A stretch of DNA of 64,000 nt from a virus (Duplodnaviria; Heunggongvirae; Uroviricota; Caudoviricetes), in the IMG/VR virus record IMGVR_UViG_3300032327_001521; one strand, written 5' to 3'. The translations under genes were made by a program, and so were the position numbers. Shown here in pieces: positions 1 to 9,092 of the stretch (position 1 is its first letter; every line of letters starts with the position of its first letter). The notes below the pieces were generated by a model. It searched no databases and had not been told where the DNA came from. It worked only from the letters and a program-made list of their open reading frames with translations.

Positions 1-491
1 GGATAGGCTGTTGCCGGGTCAGCTGCTGACCACGTCTCATTATGAAAGGCCATGAAATCTTGAGCCGGATCTATTTCCAAACTTGCAGTTATCCATAAGT
101 CTGTGTCAAGCATCACATGCTCGGGCGTCATTTTTCTAGCAACCTGCAGTTTTGGCCATGACCAAAAAAGGTTTCTGTCAATGAGTTTATTTTGCTCTGG
201 GATCTCATGGATTGTACTGTATACCTGATCAATTTTATAGCGCTTCAAAACTTCAAGCCACGCAGAGTTAGTGTAAAGTTCTATGTTTCCATGATATCTT
301 TTCCAACTAATGGCCGATAGTAATTGAATAGCTGCAATAATACCCTCCCATTCAATTGGTCCTCTTTTTTCAAAAACGTGTATGCCAGTTAAGGGCCTTC
401 CCATTTGTTTAACCTTTTTTTTATTTGCAAAAATTTGTAACAATAAAGCGGATGCACTATATGAGTGCATCCGCTCCGTGAAGTTAGATTA

Positions 492-1283
492 CTATTGGCC
501 TAAGATGACCGGCACTTTGCCGTCTGTTATGATTACTTTGTTATTAGTAGTCTTAATGGCATCAATCCATTTCTCAGTCAAGTTTTCTTTACTCAAGCCG
601 GTAGTTCTGACCTTATTGGCTTCTGCATCAATTCGTGCCTTTTCCAAATTCATTCGTGAAACTTCCAACTCATTTTTAACCTGTTCGGCCTGTTGCTTTG
701 CATTATTTCGGCGCTCAATTGCATCAGCCATTGATTTTGGCGGTTTAAGTCCACTAGTTAATGCGGTTAGCGTAAAAAACTTGGCCTCAAAGTCCTTTTT
801 TAACCGTGTCTCAACTGCAGTTTCAAAACTATTTAGGTTATTCATTAGACTATCTGTTGAAAAATTTCGAGCCTCTTCACGGTATGCATTTGTGACAATT
901 GCATTTAGTACAGCAGCTTCAATATTATCCATTACTGTATTTTCATCATTGATACCTACGTGCTTGTAGTTAAAGATGATATCTGCGCCCTTGCCCCTGA
1001 CTGCTTGATATGTTAACGATGGGTCAACTGAGAAAACTCCTGCATCTTTACCAGTAATTATAACCTCCGATGGATCAGCTTTTTGCTCAAACATTGGGAC
1101 TTGATAGAGCTCTGTGCCCACTCCCAATATTCCTTGCGAACCTGTTACAACTGTAAAATCAGATCTGCCGTTGCGACCGTAGTCGGTCATTAAGACACCT
1201 TCATAATTTGGCTGCACTCTATTACATGCAGTAGCGGTTGCAATTACTAATACAATTGCGAAGATTTGTTTAACGTTTTTCAC
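492..1283 (-). CDS. SPFH/band-7 (prohibitin-like) lipoprotein
   Basis: N-terminal signal peptide ending ATATAC (lipobox-like Cys); beta-rich core followed by an Ala/Glu/Arg/Lys-rich helical segment typical of SPFH proteins; GTG start per track. Confidence 0.5.
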   Translation of the reverse strand: MKNVKQIFAIVLVIATATACNRVQPNYEGVLMTDYGRNGRSDFTVVTGSQGILGVGTELYQVPMFEQKADPSEVIITGKDAGVFSVDPSLTYQAVRGKGADIIFNYKHVGINDENTVMDNIEAAVLNAIVTNAYREEARNFSTDSLMNNLNSFETAVETRLKKDFEAKFFTLTALTSGLKPPKSMADAIERRNNAKQQAEQVKNELEVSRMNLEKARIDAEANKVRTTGLSKENLTEKWIDAIKTTNNKVIITDGKVPVILGQ

Positions 1284-1449
1284 TTGAGAAAAATTTAGAA
1301 TATGGAAAAATTATTAATAAAACGATGTGAACTAGTCCGGTGGCCCATCCAATAAATGGAATGCTACTCTTAAAGAGCCAAAGATGAAATTGAAATAGGA
1401 GAAAATTACCTAGGATAAAGGCAAGTCCCGATAACAGGGTGTTTTTCAT
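1270..1449 (-). CDS. small hydrophobic membrane protein (59 aa, not in ORF track), possible NfeD-like partner of the SPFH protein
   Basis: ATG at 1449, stop 1270-1272; translation MKNTLLSGLAFILGNFLLFQFHLWLFKSSIPFIGWATGLVHIVLLIIFPYSKFFSSEKR has two predicted TM helices; 14-nt overlap with SPFH gene start. Confidence 0.3.
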   Translation of the reverse strand: MKNTLLSGLAFILGNFLLFQFHLWLFKSSIPFIGWATGLVHIVLLIIFPYSKFFSSEKR

Positions 1450-1481
1450 TTGTATAAATTTGCTAAGTATAGTTATTATAC

Positions 1482-1510
1482 AAAAAAGCCGGCAACACAG
1501 GCCGGCTTTT
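1482..1510. terminator. bidirectional rho-independent terminator
   Basis: aaaaa-agccggc-aacacag-gccggct-tttt; lies just past the stop of the hsp20 gene (1531). Confidence 0.6.
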
Positions 1511-1530
1511 AATCAATAATTGCTAGACTC

Positions 1531-1923
1531 TTAGTTTACAGTAATTTCAATTTTGCGTGAATTTTGCTGCTTTACCTCTTTGCTGATTTGAACTGTCAAG
1601 ATTCCATTCGCCATTTGTGCATCAACTTCTTTTAGGTTACAATCCTTAGGTAACTTAAATCTAAATGACTCAGATTGAGCTAGCCGTGTTGATTTGGTTG
1701 GGTCAACCTGAGTTGAGATTGATAACCGACCTTCTTCAATTGAGACCTTAACTGAGCTGTTATCGTGGCCCGGCAAGGAGAGTTGAAGTTCAAAGTTAGA
1801 CTCGTCTGACTCAACTGAGTATCGACCAAGAGCTAGGGATGAAGTAGAATCGTATAGATTAAACGGTACACTGTATTGGCTAGTGCATAGAAGGTCATCT
1901 AAGATTGATTTGTATTTGTGCAT
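1531..1923 (-). CDS. Hsp20/alpha-crystallin family small heat-shock protein
   Basis: C-terminal NGILTVQISKEVK resembles the alpha-crystallin domain GVLTVTLPK motif; size 130 aa. Confidence 0.7.
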   Translation of the reverse strand: MHKYKSILDDLLCTSQYSVPFNLYDSTSSLALGRYSVESDESNFELQLSLPGHDNSSVKVSIEEGRLSISTQVDPTKSTRLAQSESFRFKLPKDCNLKEVDAQMANGILTVQISKEVKQQNSRKIEITVN

Positions 1924-1973
1924 ATTTTATTAAAGGTTTTTATTCTAATATAGGTTAAAAAGTATGCCAGCGG

Positions 1974-2046
1974 TTAATTGACCACTAAAATTGACATACG
2001 TGTCAATTATTATGAAATGTATAGGTACAAATTTGACAAAATGTCA
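1974..2046. promoter_or_regulatory. array of three TTGACA-containing palindromic/half sites upstream of hsp20
   Basis: ttaattgacc (1974-1983); perfect 8-bp-arm palindrome aattgaca-tacg-tgtcaatt (1989-2008); ttgacaaaatgtca (2033-2046). Confidence 0.4.
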
Positions 2047-2047
2047 C

Positions 2048-2755
2048 CTATTTACAAAATATCCGGTCTAGGTCGTCTAGCCATTCAAATACATCAGCTA
2101 TTTGAATTGGTCCGCTATCAGGGTTTGACTTTACAATTGAGGTTTGAGAGATTTGTACGGTTACTGATATTTGATTTAGAATTGCACTAAGAGCCTCAGC
2201 TAAAGTCCAATTAATCATGCCCTCTAACAGGGTATCCTCTGTTTCTGAATCAATGTATTCCAGGAAATCGTCTACTCCAATCGGTAAATCACACCAGTCC
2301 AGGAAATTTATTGAGGACAGTGAATACAGCTCATCATCTTCAACTGTCTCGTCAATTTCAGTTACACCAAGTAGAACCGGATACGAGTTTAAAAAAATAA
2401 ATTCTTCTTCCTGCTTAGTAGGTATGGCATCAGCTAATTTGATTAGATATATGTGACTTGGTAAAACTTCTGCTCCAGTTGGCGAGCCATCATTGAGTAG
2501 TTTGTATATGCTCGCTAGGGTAGTTCCAGCAAGCTCACGAATCATTACTAGGTCAATGATCTCTGAATAAGGTTTAAGAACAGTGAGAAGTTCACGGACA
2601 GTTAACTGACCATCAAACTGAATCGGATAATTTAGATACCAGGTTAAAGGTATAGACGAATCGGCTATTGATCGTTCAATCCAATCCTCAGATGACTCAT
2701 CCCAAAAAGAAAAGTATAAGCCAGTTTTACGAATAGTTAGTTTGTCCATATACAC
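2048..2755 (-). CDS. hypothetical protein (acidic)
   Basis: 235-aa ORF, tight spacing with neighbours. Confidence 0.45.
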   Translation of the reverse strand: MYMDKLTIRKTGLYFSFWDESSEDWIERSIADSSIPLTWYLNYPIQFDGQLTVRELLTVLKPYSEIIDLVMIRELAGTTLASIYKLLNDGSPTGAEVLPSHIYLIKLADAIPTKQEEEFIFLNSYPVLLGVTEIDETVEDDELYSLSSINFLDWCDLPIGVDDFLEYIDSETEDTLLEGMINWTLAEALSAILNQISVTVQISQTSIVKSNPDSGPIQIADVFEWLDDLDRIFCK

Positions 2756-2775
2756 TTATTTATCGCATGGTTAAC

Positions 2776-3522
2776 CTATTCTGGTGGATGTTCTGCATAA
2801 AATTTAGCAAGTCGCTCTCTAAACTTAAAATAGTATTCCTTCATTTCGGATTGACCCATTGAAAAGTGCTGAGGGGCATCAGATGCTTCATTTGAGATCC
2901 AAATTCTGCAAGTAGTTGTCTTGATTTCCATTCGATCCCAAACTGCAACTGCATATGCTGCAACCTGGTGCTTATAGTCTTCAATCCATTTTTCATCCTT
3001 GGGCTTTCTGGCAGTCTTAAAATCTACGATTGCATTATCGCCAGTAATGAGTTCAGATACGTTATCGACAGTACCGGCATAGCCACCATCGCGAGAGGTC
3101 CATAAGAATCTCTCTTGGGCAATTACTCGCTGTATTTCATTAAATGAGCCTGCCTTTATGAAATTATAGAATAGTGTGCCACCTACTATCTTAGCTCGAT
3201 TATCAAACTTTTCAATTTCATCATCTAGCCTAGATAAGGATAGAGTCTCCTCAAGCCGGTCCTTTGCGCTCAGTGTGTCTGACAGATTAAGATAAATTTC
3301 GCAAAGCCGGTGCATCACAGTGCCGCGATTAGCAGCGTCCTGCCCAATTTGATCAGCCTTTTCGTGACCAATTCTATTTCGCCAGCCGTCAAGGCCTGAC
3401 TTATTGGAAGTTTCGCCTAGCACAGATGTGACGCTTGGATAGGTACCGATAATATGAGTATCTGTGCTTACCCTATAGTATCGGAATCCGTTTATTTCAA
3501 CCCTCTTTATTGTTTCACTCAT
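2776..3522 (-). CDS. PD-(D/E)XK nuclease, Cas4/RecB-like exonuclease family
   Basis: GTVMHRLCE (His/Glu), IVDFKTARKPK (D..K core) and YKHQVAAYA (QhxxY motif) in canonical order; no Cas4-style Cys cluster. Confidence 0.5.
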   Translation of the reverse strand: MSETIKRVEINGFRYYRVSTDTHIIGTYPSVTSVLGETSNKSGLDGWRNRIGHEKADQIGQDAANRGTVMHRLCEIYLNLSDTLSAKDRLEETLSLSRLDDEIEKFDNRAKIVGGTLFYNFIKAGSFNEIQRVIAQERFLWTSRDGGYAGTVDNVSELITGDNAIVDFKTARKPKDEKWIEDYKHQVAAYAVAVWDRMEIKTTTCRIWISNEASDAPQHFSMGQSEMKEYYFKFRERLAKFYAEHPPE

Positions 3523-3581
3523 TTGAATAAATAACTGTATATACTAGACTATAGTACAAAAAACTCCAGTAAAAGTTTAAT

Positions 3582-4910
3582 ATGGTAAAATCATTTGATG
3601 AATTTAGCTCAACTCTAAATGAGGGCTTTTGGGATTGGCTCACGGGTAAGTCCGAAAAGGGCGAAGAAAAAGCAAAGGGATCAGAGGCAGGTGCACTCGA
3701 TAGAACAGTTGAGGCCTATTATGAGACTCTTCAGAATTTTGCAGATTCAGGTAAATCAATTCAAGTTCAAACGCTAGGTAATATGAAATATTCCAAGCTT
3801 GTTGAGAATATTCAAATAGCATTAGAGTTTTTGGGTTATCAGCTTAAGCGATTTGGAGTAGACGGGTTCTTTGGGCCCGAGACTGCCAATTCAATAATCA
3901 AGTTTAATCAAGACACTGCACCAAAGCAGCCAACCAACGAAATGATTAAGAAGTTTGGAGAATTTGTATCAGTGTATGAGGCTGCAAATGGAATGCTTCA
4001 AACTTCTGACCTGGTTCAAGTTGCCGGTGCTGGTACCTCTACTAATGGTAAGCTTAATGTCAAGGCAGCTAGGGACTATGAAAGAATGGCTGCCGCAGCA
4101 GAGGCTAATGGAATAAAATGGACAATTAGTAGTTCTTATCGTGACTATGATTCTCAAGTTAAGACCGCTGCAAATAAGGGCCTCTATTCACAAGGCGGCC
4201 TAGCCGCTACACCTGGAATGTCAAATCACGGTTGGGGAAGCGCAATGGATTTAGACCTTTCACCAGAGGCACAGGATTGGCTTCAACAAAATGCAGCAGA
4301 CTATGGTTTTTCAACGATTGACAGAGAGCCTTGGCACTGGGAACACAAGGCAAGTGTTGAATTTGCAAAGTCTGGAGCTGAGGGTAATTCTCCAAGTTCT
4401 GTCCTAATTGATGCTGACCTAATTAAACGAATCATCTCAGAGCTAAAGGAAAAGGGTTTTAATCAGGACGACCTTGCTAAATTTGCTAAGAGTCAAGCGG
4501 TTGCCCTGACTAGTGATAGTGATGAGGCTTTTTATGAGGCTGTTCTTGTATCACTTGGTGCAAAGCCTACACCTGAAAAGATTAAGTTTCTTAAAGCCTG
4601 GCGACAGGCCGAGGGTGGTAAAGCGGCAAACAATCCATTCAATACAACAAAAAACTTGCCTGGCAATTCTGACACTAGTTATAACTCAGCCGGTGTAAAG
4701 AACTATCCAGACAAGCAAGCTGGACTTGACGCAACTGTTGCAACACTTAAGCTCGACTACTACAAAGACCTTGTAAGTAAGTTGATGGATGATTCCGTTA
4801 CAGCTGAAGAAATAGCAGCATCGCCTGACCTTAAAACTTGGGGAACAGGCGATGGTGTTACTAGAGTCCTAGCCGGCAGCTCAGTTAATCCGCCGCCGAT
4901 TGTTGCCTAA
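3582..4910 (+). CDS. endolysin: peptidoglycan-binding domain + M15 (VanY-type) peptidase + C-terminal domain of unknown function
   Basis: PG_binding_1-like IALEFLGYQLKRFGVDGFFGPETANSI; M15/VanY motif SNHGWGSAMD (S-x-H-x-x-G-x-A-x-D) and SSSYRDYDSQ. Confidence 0.8.
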   Translation: MVKSFDEFSSTLNEGFWDWLTGKSEKGEEKAKGSEAGALDRTVEAYYETLQNFADSGKSIQVQTLGNMKYSKLVENIQIALEFLGYQLKRFGVDGFFGPETANSIIKFNQDTAPKQPTNEMIKKFGEFVSVYEAANGMLQTSDLVQVAGAGTSTNGKLNVKAARDYERMAAAAEANGIKWTISSSYRDYDSQVKTAANKGLYSQGGLAATPGMSNHGWGSAMDLDLSPEAQDWLQQNAADYGFSTIDREPWHWEHKASVEFAKSGAEGNSPSSVLIDADLIKRIISELKEKGFNQDDLAKFAKSQAVALTSDSDEAFYEAVLVSLGAKPTPEKIKFLKAWRQAEGGKAANNPFNTTKNLPGNSDTSYNSAGVKNYPDKQAGLDATVATLKLDYYKDLVSKLMDDSVTAEEIAASPDLKTWGTGDGVTRVLAGSSVNPPPIVA

Positions 4911-5194
4911 AGATATGATTCCATTCTGCGAAGAGCCTTAGCCTCTTCTCCATCCCGGTAGAATCGACCTTTCCATGGATTCCAGTGCCGTGTATCGTAG
5001 AGCCAGGCATGGAAGTAGAAAGAGCGTAAGAGCTCTACTGTAAAGTAGAGACCAGCATGATCCTGCCGACTTCGGGTTTCCAATGAAAGCCTAAACCACT
5101 CAGAAACATTTTTACCAAGGTTCAATTGAACTTCAACTGCCTTGTTATAGGAGACCAGCTGCCCCCAATACCAGTCTATTGGGAACATCCGCAT
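4907..5194 (-). CDS. hypothetical protein
   Basis: 95-aa ORF abutting the endolysin stop. Confidence 0.3.
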   Translation of the reverse strand: MRMFPIDWYWGQLVSYNKAVEVQLNLGKNVSEWFRLSLETRSRQDHAGLYFTVELLRSFYFHAWLYDTRHWNPWKGRFYRDGEEAKALRRMESYL

Positions 5195-5311
5195 CTTTTT
5201 CCGTTTCCGCGTTTTTTCTTATTGATCCAGTCAAGAGCTAGATGGCTTGCAATACAGGCAGCAAAGCAGCCTGGAAAATGAGTTAGTGAATCGATTAGTA
5301 ACTGTTGCATG

Positions 5312-6451
5312 TTAGTTGGATAATGGTGCTTTTATTGCTGGGTGTGACTTGTAATTTTCAATTGTAAAGTCTGATGGTCTAAGCTCATCCACTTTAATTG
5401 CGGTTGGAAGAATAAGTTGAGGTAATTCATATGGTTCCCTAGTGTGGTTTGGAACTCCATATAGATCACATACTCTATTAATAGATTCATCTGTGACCTG
5501 CGGCCCTACTCCAAAATCCAATGGATCAAAATGAATATCAGTAGATGCCATATTAACTCTTTCATCGCATGTTAAATCTCTACCGACCTGTTCTTTAGCT
5601 TGTTCAATATGATTTAAGTATAAATGAACATCTCCTAAATTACCAATTAGCTGATCAGGAACCATATTGACTTCTTTAGCTAAGATTTCTAATAGAAGAC
5701 CATAAGATGCAATGTTGAATGGTAAACCTAAGAATGTATCTACTGACCGCTGATTCCACATTAATGAGATTGTTCTTTTTGGGACATTTAGTTCGTCTAA
5801 TTGTTCAGTAGATATTTCCTCAAACATTGTAAGATTAACTCTTTCTTTCAAAGTCAATTCTCTTGTATAAACTTGAAATCCATAATGACAAGGTGGAAGA
5901 ACCATATCTGTAATGACTGCTGGGTCCCAGGCTGTCACTAGTAATCTTCGACTATCTGGATTGGTCTTAATCTGCTCAATGAGCTCGGCAATTTGATCAA
6001 TACCATAATATGTACCCCAACTTCTCCACTGTGCTCCGTAAATCGGACCCAGGTCTCCCCATCTAGTAGCAAACACATCATCTTCTTTTATCCGGTTGAT
6101 GAATTCTTCTTGCGATAAAAGGGCATCATTATGTGATCCAGCAAACGGTGGATTCTCTTTTAACCATTCCCTTTCATAGTTTTTATAGGCATCACCATCC
6201 CAAATATGACAATTATTATCAACTAGATATTTAATATTAGTGTCGCCTTTGAGAAACCATAACAATTCGGTTACTACCGATTTCCATGCCATTTTTTTAG
6301 TGGTAAGCAGTGGAAATCCTGACTGCATATTGTGGCGAATTGTGTACCCAAAAATAGATTTGGTACCGGTACCAGTTCGGTCACTTTTATCAACCCCGAA
6401 TTCGAGAATTGTCTTTAGTAGCTCCTGATATTGGGTGTCTAGCTTATTCAT
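5312..6451 (-). CDS. ThyA-family enzyme (thymidylate synthase or dUMP hydroxymethylase) with two insertions
   Basis: DRTGTGTKSIFG, LLWFLKGDTN, GDLGPIYGAQWRSWG, DSRRLLVTAWDP, LPPCH catalytic Cys, DTFLGLPFNIASYG (Asn retained, so uracil-specific), GDVHLYLNH; about 45-aa insertion after LLWFL block, a second after QVY, and a C-terminal extension (379 aa). Confidence 0.85.
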   Translation of the reverse strand: MNKLDTQYQELLKTILEFGVDKSDRTGTGTKSIFGYTIRHNMQSGFPLLTTKKMAWKSVVTELLWFLKGDTNIKYLVDNNCHIWDGDAYKNYEREWLKENPPFAGSHNDALLSQEEFINRIKEDDVFATRWGDLGPIYGAQWRSWGTYYGIDQIAELIEQIKTNPDSRRLLVTAWDPAVITDMVLPPCHYGFQVYTRELTLKERVNLTMFEEISTEQLDELNVPKRTISLMWNQRSVDTFLGLPFNIASYGLLLEILAKEVNMVPDQLIGNLGDVHLYLNHIEQAKEQVGRDLTCDERVNMASTDIHFDPLDFGVGPQVTDESINRVCDLYGVPNHTREPYELPQLILPTAIKVDELRPSDFTIENYKSHPAIKAPLSN

Positions 6452-6740
6452 TTGGATACATGAAGTTTTTTAATTTGGCTGGGCTTGTTTTTGCATCGGC
6501 CCATTCTTTTGCATAGTTCCAGGCCCGACCATGCGAATCCGTAATTGAAACCTCGCCTGCTATAAAATTTTCCAATTGCTCGCGGTTCATAAATGCAATT
6601 GGCTCTTTCCATTCATCGTGTATGAGAAACAGGCCATCTGCCAGTACAGAGTCGCACCTATGAGCTTTTAGAACTGGACCCTCAAAATTAAGGAGCTCAA
6701 TCGATTCGTATCTTGGGGCTTTACGATTTATATTATTCAT
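6444..6740 (-). CDS. hypothetical protein
   Basis: 98-aa ORF overlapping the upstream stop by a few nt (operon-like). Confidence 0.4.
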   Translation of the reverse strand: MNNINRKAPRYESIELLNFEGPVLKAHRCDSVLADGLFLIHDEWKEPIAFMNREQLENFIAGEVSITDSHGRAWNYAKEWADAKTSPAKLKNFMYPNE

Positions 6741-7108
6741 AGGTCTTCATCTATTTTGTTTAGTAGCATTGAATCACTAATTATACCGGCTGCCATTAAG
6801 ACCTTAAGTAGAGCATTGAGCTGAGTGAAGTGCAACTGTAGAGCTCCGTTCATGTGTTTGGACTCAACATGAATATCAAAACCCTCGCCGTTTGACCACT
6901 CGGTGACCTCAATGAAATCTCCCTTTGACGTCCAGGTGCCGTCCTCATTAATTGAAATATTCCATGACTTACGTGTGTTGCTATCAATTGAGTACTTGCC
7001 TAAAAATTCGGGTTCATAGTTTTCACAAATCTTGTTATCTGGCTCTTGTAATGTCTCCTGAAGTTGTGCAAGCCTCTTAATTTCCGCTTGAATTTCTGCT
7101 TTTGTCAT
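6737..7108 (-). CDS. hypothetical protein
   Basis: 123-aa ORF with overlapping start/stop, coupled to neighbours. Confidence 0.4.
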   Translation of the reverse strand: MTKAEIQAEIKRLAQLQETLQEPDNKICENYEPEFLGKYSIDSNTRKSWNISINEDGTWTSKGDFIEVTEWSNGEGFDIHVESKHMNGALQLHFTQLNALLKVLMAAGIISDSMLLNKIDEDL

Positions 7109-7287
7109 CTTATTTCGTTGTCTATGTGTATTGAAAAATATTCACGGTTAGGTGAATCATCATCTGCTTGGCCCAGTGCTTTGCAGATCATATCTGCATG
7201 AAGCGGGTTCATGCTGTGCGCAAGAACCATTTCTTGTGAAATTTCTCCAGTATCTGGATCAGTGTCCTTAAATTTAATTACCCACAT
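7105..7287 (-). CDS. hypothetical small protein
   Basis: 60-aa ORF coupled to downstream gene. Confidence 0.3.
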   Translation of the reverse strand: MWVIKFKDTDPDTGEISQEMVLAHSMNPLHADMICKALGQADDDSPNREYFSIHIDNEIR

Positions 7288-7329
7288 ATTGTAAAATGTA
7301 TAGGATTAATAGTACCTAATCTTTAAATA

Positions 7330-7689
7330 TTATAGCCGAATTTCTCTAAAAGTTCCAGGATCAGACCAAAAAGTAAAGGTATCACCGTCCTTTGGAGCAG
7401 GCCTTTCGTACTCTTCACGAAATCGCTTTAGTCTCTCAGCAAACACTGCCTGATCCTGAGCTGACCGGGTTGCCAGCCACTGAGAGCTTAGTTCTGCTAG
7501 GACAGGGTCCTCAAAATTTGCAGTCACGCCATCTGTATAAACCAGAACCCATCGATCCGATCCGAGAATGCTCCATTTTGTATTAGTTGTAATGCCGTAA
7601 AGAAATAGTATTCGGGACTCCTGGATTTCGCCATGTGCTTCAACCAATCGATTAAAGACTGCATTTCCTAAATCAATAATATCTTTCAT
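7330..7689 (-). CDS. hypothetical protein
   Basis: 119-aa ORF. Confidence 0.4.
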   Translation of the reverse strand: MKDIIDLGNAVFNRLVEAHGEIQESRILFLYGITTNTKWSILGSDRWVLVYTDGVTANFEDPVLAELSSQWLATRSAQDQAVFAERLKRFREEYERPAPKDGDTFTFWSDPGTFREIRL

Positions 7690-7713
7690 GTCTATGGATT
7701 TTTGCTCTATTAT

Positions 7714-8517
7714 TTAACACTGTAGTGACGGCACCCAATGAGTTGTACGCCCGTCAGTCGTCAGTTCGCGTGTAACCACATTGCCGTGTGGATCAGTCTT
7801 TTGAGCATACACCTCAAATTCAAATACAAATTCGCCAAGCTCTCCACCAACTCTTTGATAGTTTCGGATACTTGCACCGCCCTGTCGATAAGAGGCCTGC
7901 ATGATTTCCCGAATAAGCCTGTGCAAAACTGAAAACTCGTAAGTCTTTAGCTCGCCAACTAGCCGATGCGGCGAAATTCTTGCTCTATACAAGGCCTCAC
8001 ACTTGATATAGTTACCAACACCCGCACAGGTCCCCTGATTCATCAGGACCTCACAGATTGGCTTGTTATAGTGCTTCATCATTGCTCTTGTAAAGTCGAT
8101 CAGGCTTGCCTCTGGATTATTTAGGAGGTCTACGCCTAGACCTTTAAGCTTTTTATCCAGCTCAGCTCGATTATGTGAAAACTTAAGTGTACCGAACCGG
8201 CGCTGATCAACAAAATAGAGGGCCCGATCATTGTCTAGCCCTATTCCAAAATGCGCGTGCTTATCTGACTCAGTTGACCAGTATCCGCTCATGCCTAGTG
8301 TGATCCACATTGTTGCACCAGTTTCAAATTCAAGCCACATAAACTTGCCTTTGACACCTCCACCGACCACTCGACTCGGCAGTTTTACCTCATCAATACC
8401 AGTCGGCCGCTTTTTTAGGAAACGACCACCAAAAACTTGCAATTGTGTTACACTGGAATCTCCAATCTCTTGACGGAGATCCTCATATACTCTTCTTACT
8501 TCAGGCGATTCAGGCAT
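7714..8517 (-). CDS. Fpg/Nei-family DNA glycosylase (endonuclease VIII-like), zincless-finger type
   Basis: N-terminal MPESPEV (Fpg catalytic Pro2/Glu3), LGMSG, DQRRFG, H2TH region GVGNYIKCEALYRARISPHR; C-terminus has no CxxC-x-CxxC zinc finger. Confidence 0.8.
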   Translation of the reverse strand: MPESPEVRRVYEDLRQEIGDSSVTQLQVFGGRFLKKRPTGIDEVKLPSRVVGGGVKGKFMWLEFETGATMWITLGMSGYWSTESDKHAHFGIGLDNDRALYFVDQRRFGTLKFSHNRAELDKKLKGLGVDLLNNPEASLIDFTRAMMKHYNKPICEVLMNQGTCAGVGNYIKCEALYRARISPHRLVGELKTYEFSVLHRLIREIMQASYRQGGASIRNYQRVGGELGEFVFEFEVYAQKTDPHGNVVTRELTTDGRTTHWVPSLQC

Positions 8518-8550
8518 TGATAAATATCTTTGTAAAAATATACCAACTTA

Positions 8551-8796
8551 ATGAAAACTTATGTAGAAGACTTCAACGGTTTCGCAAAGGCCTATGATTC
8601 TGTAATGGAAGGCTTGGCCGCCAAGAAAAAGGTCGATCAAGACGGTGATGGCGATACTGATTTTGTTGATGCCAAGATTGCCCAGTACAAAAAGGGCGGA
8701 ATTCCAAAGGACAAGGCTATCCAAAAGGGCAAGATGTTTGCCAAGAAAAATAACATTAAGGACAACGGCTCAAAACCTTCTGGCAAGCTCAAGTAG
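8551..8796 (+). CDS. hypothetical Lys-rich small protein
   Basis: 81-aa ORF on plus strand. Confidence 0.4.
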   Translation: MKTYVEDFNGFAKAYDSVMEGLAAKKKVDQDGDGDTDFVDAKIAQYKKGGIPKDKAIQKGKMFAKKNNIKDNGSKPSGKLK

Positions 8797-8825
8797 AATA
8801 GGCTAACTTATTAATTTTAGTTTTT

Positions 8826-9023
8826 ATGTATTACTTAGCAAAAGTTAGATTTGAGTCGGAAGACGACAAGGGAAGAGTAAAAAAAGTTCGTGAGCACTAT
8901 CTAGTTGAGGCAACCTCAGTTGGAGAAGCTGAAGAGAAACTAATGGACCGATTTGGCACAGGCATTTCTCCGTGCATGCTGGAATCCGTGCAAGAATCTA
9001 AGATCTTGGGTTTGATTGAGTAA
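8826..9023 (+). CDS. conserved-looking small hypothetical protein
   Basis: 65 aa MYYLAKVRFESEDDKGRVKKVREHYLVEATSVGEAEEKL; followed by a strong terminator. Confidence 0.45.
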   Translation: MYYLAKVRFESEDDKGRVKKVREHYLVEATSVGEAEEKLMDRFGTGISPCMLESVQESKILGLIE

Positions 9024-9043
9024 TTTAAACTTAGAGAAAAAGA

Positions 9044-9068
9044 AAAAGGGAGCAATGCTCCCTTTTTT
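9044..9068. terminator. bidirectional rho-independent terminator
   Basis: aaaaa-gggagc-aat-gctccc-tttttt between convergent genes. Confidence 0.65.
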
Positions 9069-9092
9069 GTTTAGTTTAACCTAGTACAAGTA

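Noticed and set aside
1978-2456. Plus-strand ORFs 1978..2190 and 2217..2456.
   Set aside because: They are embedded in or antisense to the hsp20 promoter region and the 235-aa minus-strand gene. Ser-rich junk translation.
5176-5310. 44-aa minus-strand ORF (MQQLLIDSLTHFPGCFAACIASHLALDWINKKKRGNGKRCGCSQ) between thyA-like and the 95-aa ORF.
   Set aside because: It is short, overlaps the next ORF, and has no recognisable features.
5312-6451. Calling the ThyA paralog a dCMP hydroxymethylase (T4 gp42-like).
   Set aside because: The pyrimidine-specifying residue in PFNIASY is Asn, not the Asp seen in dCMP hydroxymethylases. The substrate should therefore be dUMP (a TS or a dUMP hydroxymethylase).
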